Below are positions 62,133 through 64,000 of a stretch of DNA of 64,000 bases, one piece after another (within the stretch, counting starts at the first letter, position 1; the number at the start of each line of letters is the position of its first letter). Made by a program: the position numbers and the translations under genes. The notes under the pieces were generated by a model, which did not search any database, was not told where the DNA came from, and worked only from the letters and a program-made list of their open reading frames with translations. The stretch is from positions 800,001 to 864,000 of the forward strand of contig CAVOHZ010000010.1 in NCBI GenBank assembly GCA_963695855.1. The letters are read 5' to 3'. This DNA is from an uncultured Nitrososphaerales archaeon (GTDB taxonomy: Archaea; Thermoproteota; Nitrososphaeria; Nitrososphaerales; Nitrososphaeraceae).

Positions 62133-63074
62133 TTATTCTCTCTTACTTCCATATATGCGGTAAATATTCCCAGTGGTACTCGATATGTAGTTCCACACTT
62201 CAGTACCGATTGGTAATTCCTTAAACTTGTTTTTTTGGTTTTCATCGACCACATCAAACACCAGCTGTCCGATCACAACTTGGTCAGGTTCTGCCAATGA
62301 AGTCATTTTAACTGCAATACTTACTGTATAACCTAAAATATCAATAATGGGTTTTTTTACTTCAATTTTTTCATTCTGGATGTTAATAATACTTTTCTCC
62401 CATCCATATTGTACAACAGCATTTTCCCCAACGTCTACTGCAATCCTTACATGTATTTCTGAATAATCGTATTGGCTTAAAATAGGATTGATTCCAAGTT
62501 TGATAACTTTAATCATTGCTAAAGCACAATTTAAGGCGTTTGCGCACGGTATCTTTTCTTCATCCCTTTCTCCTGTCTTCACCATAAAAAATCCTAAAAC
62601 GGCATCTCCCACAAATTTTAAGACATATCCTCCATAGGAAGATATTAGAATTGACATTTCCTGAGTAAAAGCTCTAATAATGTCTGCCAGCCTATTGGCA
62701 GATAATGTCATACAACGTTTCGTAAATCCCACTATATCAACATGGATGATTACAAGTTTTATCTTTGATTCGAGATATTTTTCTAGAATATATCTCGAGT
62801 CATCAGGAGATATGTTAAACTCTTTTGCCTGTAATGCAGACCATGTTCTAGTCTGTGCTTTCTTGATTAATTCGTTCACGTCAACTATTGCATCAAGATA
62901 AAATTCTGCCAATGTTGGAGTCAAATTTAAAGCTTGTTCAGTGACTCTTTTTTCGTCTGAATTTATTATATTTAGTATCTCTTGTGTGTCTAGATCAGTC
63001 TGTAGTGCAATTACCTCTATCGGTATCCCAGATTTATGTAAGTTGAGTACTGTTTGTTTTTGTTCAATGGACAT
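62133..63074 (-). CDS. Class III adenylate/guanylate cyclase domain protein
   Basis: VDIVGFT, LKFVGDAV, RIAVDVG, DILGYTV; HTH-like N-terminus. Confidence 0.88.
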   Translation of the reverse strand: MSIEQKQTVLNLHKSGIPIEVIALQTDLDTQEILNIINSDEKRVTEQALNLTPTLAEFYLDAIVDVNELIKKAQTRTWSALQAKEFNISPDDSRYILEKYLESKIKLVIIHVDIVGFTKRCMTLSANRLADIIRAFTQEMSILISSYGGYVLKFVGDAVLGFFMVKTGERDEEKIPCANALNCALAMIKVIKLGINPILSQYDYSEIHVRIAVDVGENAVVQYGWEKSIINIQNEKIEVKKPIIDILGYTVSIAVKMTSLAEPDQVVIGQLVFDVVDENQKNKFKELPIGTEVWNYISSTTGNIYRIYGSKRE

Positions 63075-63157
63075 ATCTTTTCGCCTCCTCCTATTATAAT
63101 AAAGTACTATATAGAGATAAATTAAAACTAACTGAATAAAGAAATTTTGGAATCAAG

Positions 63158-63448
63158 TCATAAAGATAGCCTAAATAATTCTCTTTGATCTATAGATTCC
63201 CATGCTCCCATTCCTTTTCCCTCTGCCTGATCACCAACAATTTCACTAAATATAATCTCCTTTGAATTCATTGGAGGCCAAATCATTGCTACGTATTCTC
63301 CTATTTCACCTCCTTTGTCCAGAGAAGCCATAGCTATATTCTCAGATTTAACATTCTTTTCTATCAACATATTCTTTACTCGTTCGTAAATTTGTCTATT
63401 TCCGTGAACAATTACATGGACCTTCTTTTCATCACTTAGTTGGGACAT
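63158..63448 (-). CDS. Hypothetical protein
   Basis: 96-aa ATG ORF with upstream TATA-like TTTTATA; co-oriented with the cyclase. Confidence 0.6.
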   Translation of the reverse strand: MSQLSDEKKVHVIVHGNRQIYERVKNMLIEKNVKSENIAMASLDKGGEIGEYVAMIWPPMNSKEIIFSEIVGDQAEGKGMGAWESIDQRELFRLSL

Positions 63449-63546
63449 ATTTTTCCTATACCCATAAAATATAAAAGCTTAACTTTTAACAAATTAAAAT
63501 AATACATTTATTATTTAACATTGTTTTAATTTTCTTGATCAACGTC

Positions 63547-63849
63547 TCATCTTCTTGATAGTTCATGTCTTTTTATGAAATTCATAAAAAGAAATTTGAG
63601 TATGAGTAGTGATTTTGAAATCTCGTTATAGTATTGAGCAAAAAATGCTATAAATACTGTAATGGCACCTCCAATTATTAATCGTACTCCGACTATTGAA
63701 AAACCTTCTCCATCAGAACCTATCATTTCCCCCAGAAATTTCAAAATGATGCCTACTGTACTTATTACTATTCCAGAAGAAAGTAAAGGCAGAAATAAAA
63801 CATGAAATGATTTTCTATCGACCAATATAGTACATATGATATTCTTCAT
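63547..63849 (-). CDS. Hypothetical two-TM protein (start trimmed to MKNII)
   Basis: Two hydrophobic segments; the longer ORF-track start overlaps the divergent gene at 63897. Confidence 0.5.
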   Translation of the reverse strand: MKNIICTILVDRKSFHVLFLPLLSSGIVISTVGIILKFLGEMIGSDGEGFSIVGVRLIIGGAITVFIAFFAQYYNEISKSLLILKFLFMNFIKRHELSRR

Positions 63850-63896
63850 AGTTACTTTATAAACAATTTTATTGATAAAATAATATTTTTTTAGCA

Positions 63897-64000
63897 TTGA
63901 AAAGTCTAAATATTGCAGTATTAGGTGATCACGAAATTCTAAAGGATCTTGGTAAACTGGGTACAAGCTCTGATATTTCCCTATATGACAAAAAATTGGT
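63897..64000 (+). CDS. Partial gene, probable EF-Tu/SelB-like domain protein N-terminus
   Basis: TTG start; MKSLNIAVLGDHEILKDLGKLGTSSDISLYDKK runs off the window; family call from recalled LGKxGTxxDI motif. Confidence 0.5.
   Translation, partial: MKSLNIAVLGDHEILKDLGKLGTSSDISLYDKKL

Noticed and set aside
63850-63966. N-terminal extension of ORF 63547-63966
   Set aside because: It overlaps the divergent gene starting at 63897 and the shared promoter; the internal ATG at 63849 is more plausible.

Overview
AT-rich archaeal chromosome segment, most likely an ammonia-oxidising Nitrososphaerota (Nitrososphaeraceae, Nitrosocosmicus-like), judged from gene content; no database search was possible. 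Bases 1-23 kb are core genome: valS, a candidate oriC beside cdc6, nep1/rnp4/rps19e/rpl44e/rps27e, a five-gene cobalamin cluster, asd, cyoE, tfb and tRNA-Thr(GGT). Bases ~23-41.5 kb form a decayed integrated element, or a stack of them, bounded by the tRNA and a degenerate 45-bp copy of its 3' half. Cargo includes a large secreted TPR protein, a membrane-fused solute-binding protein, an inactivated IS5 and a duplicated RHH + Zn-ribbon module. The most unusual signal is in that module: a cas-less, CRISPR-like repeat-spacer-repeat unit (36731-36823) lying antisense over the promoter and start codon of a 51-aa RHH-like gene. The other copy of the module breaks at the end of the same repeat and is joined there to sequence that also follows the att site. 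Bases 41.5-51 kb are pseudogene-rich and include a Tyr/Asp/Lys tandem-repeat secreted protein. Bases 51-64 kb hold typical Nitrososphaeraceae genes (YjbQ, radical SAM, HtrA, creatininase family, esterase, class III cyclase).
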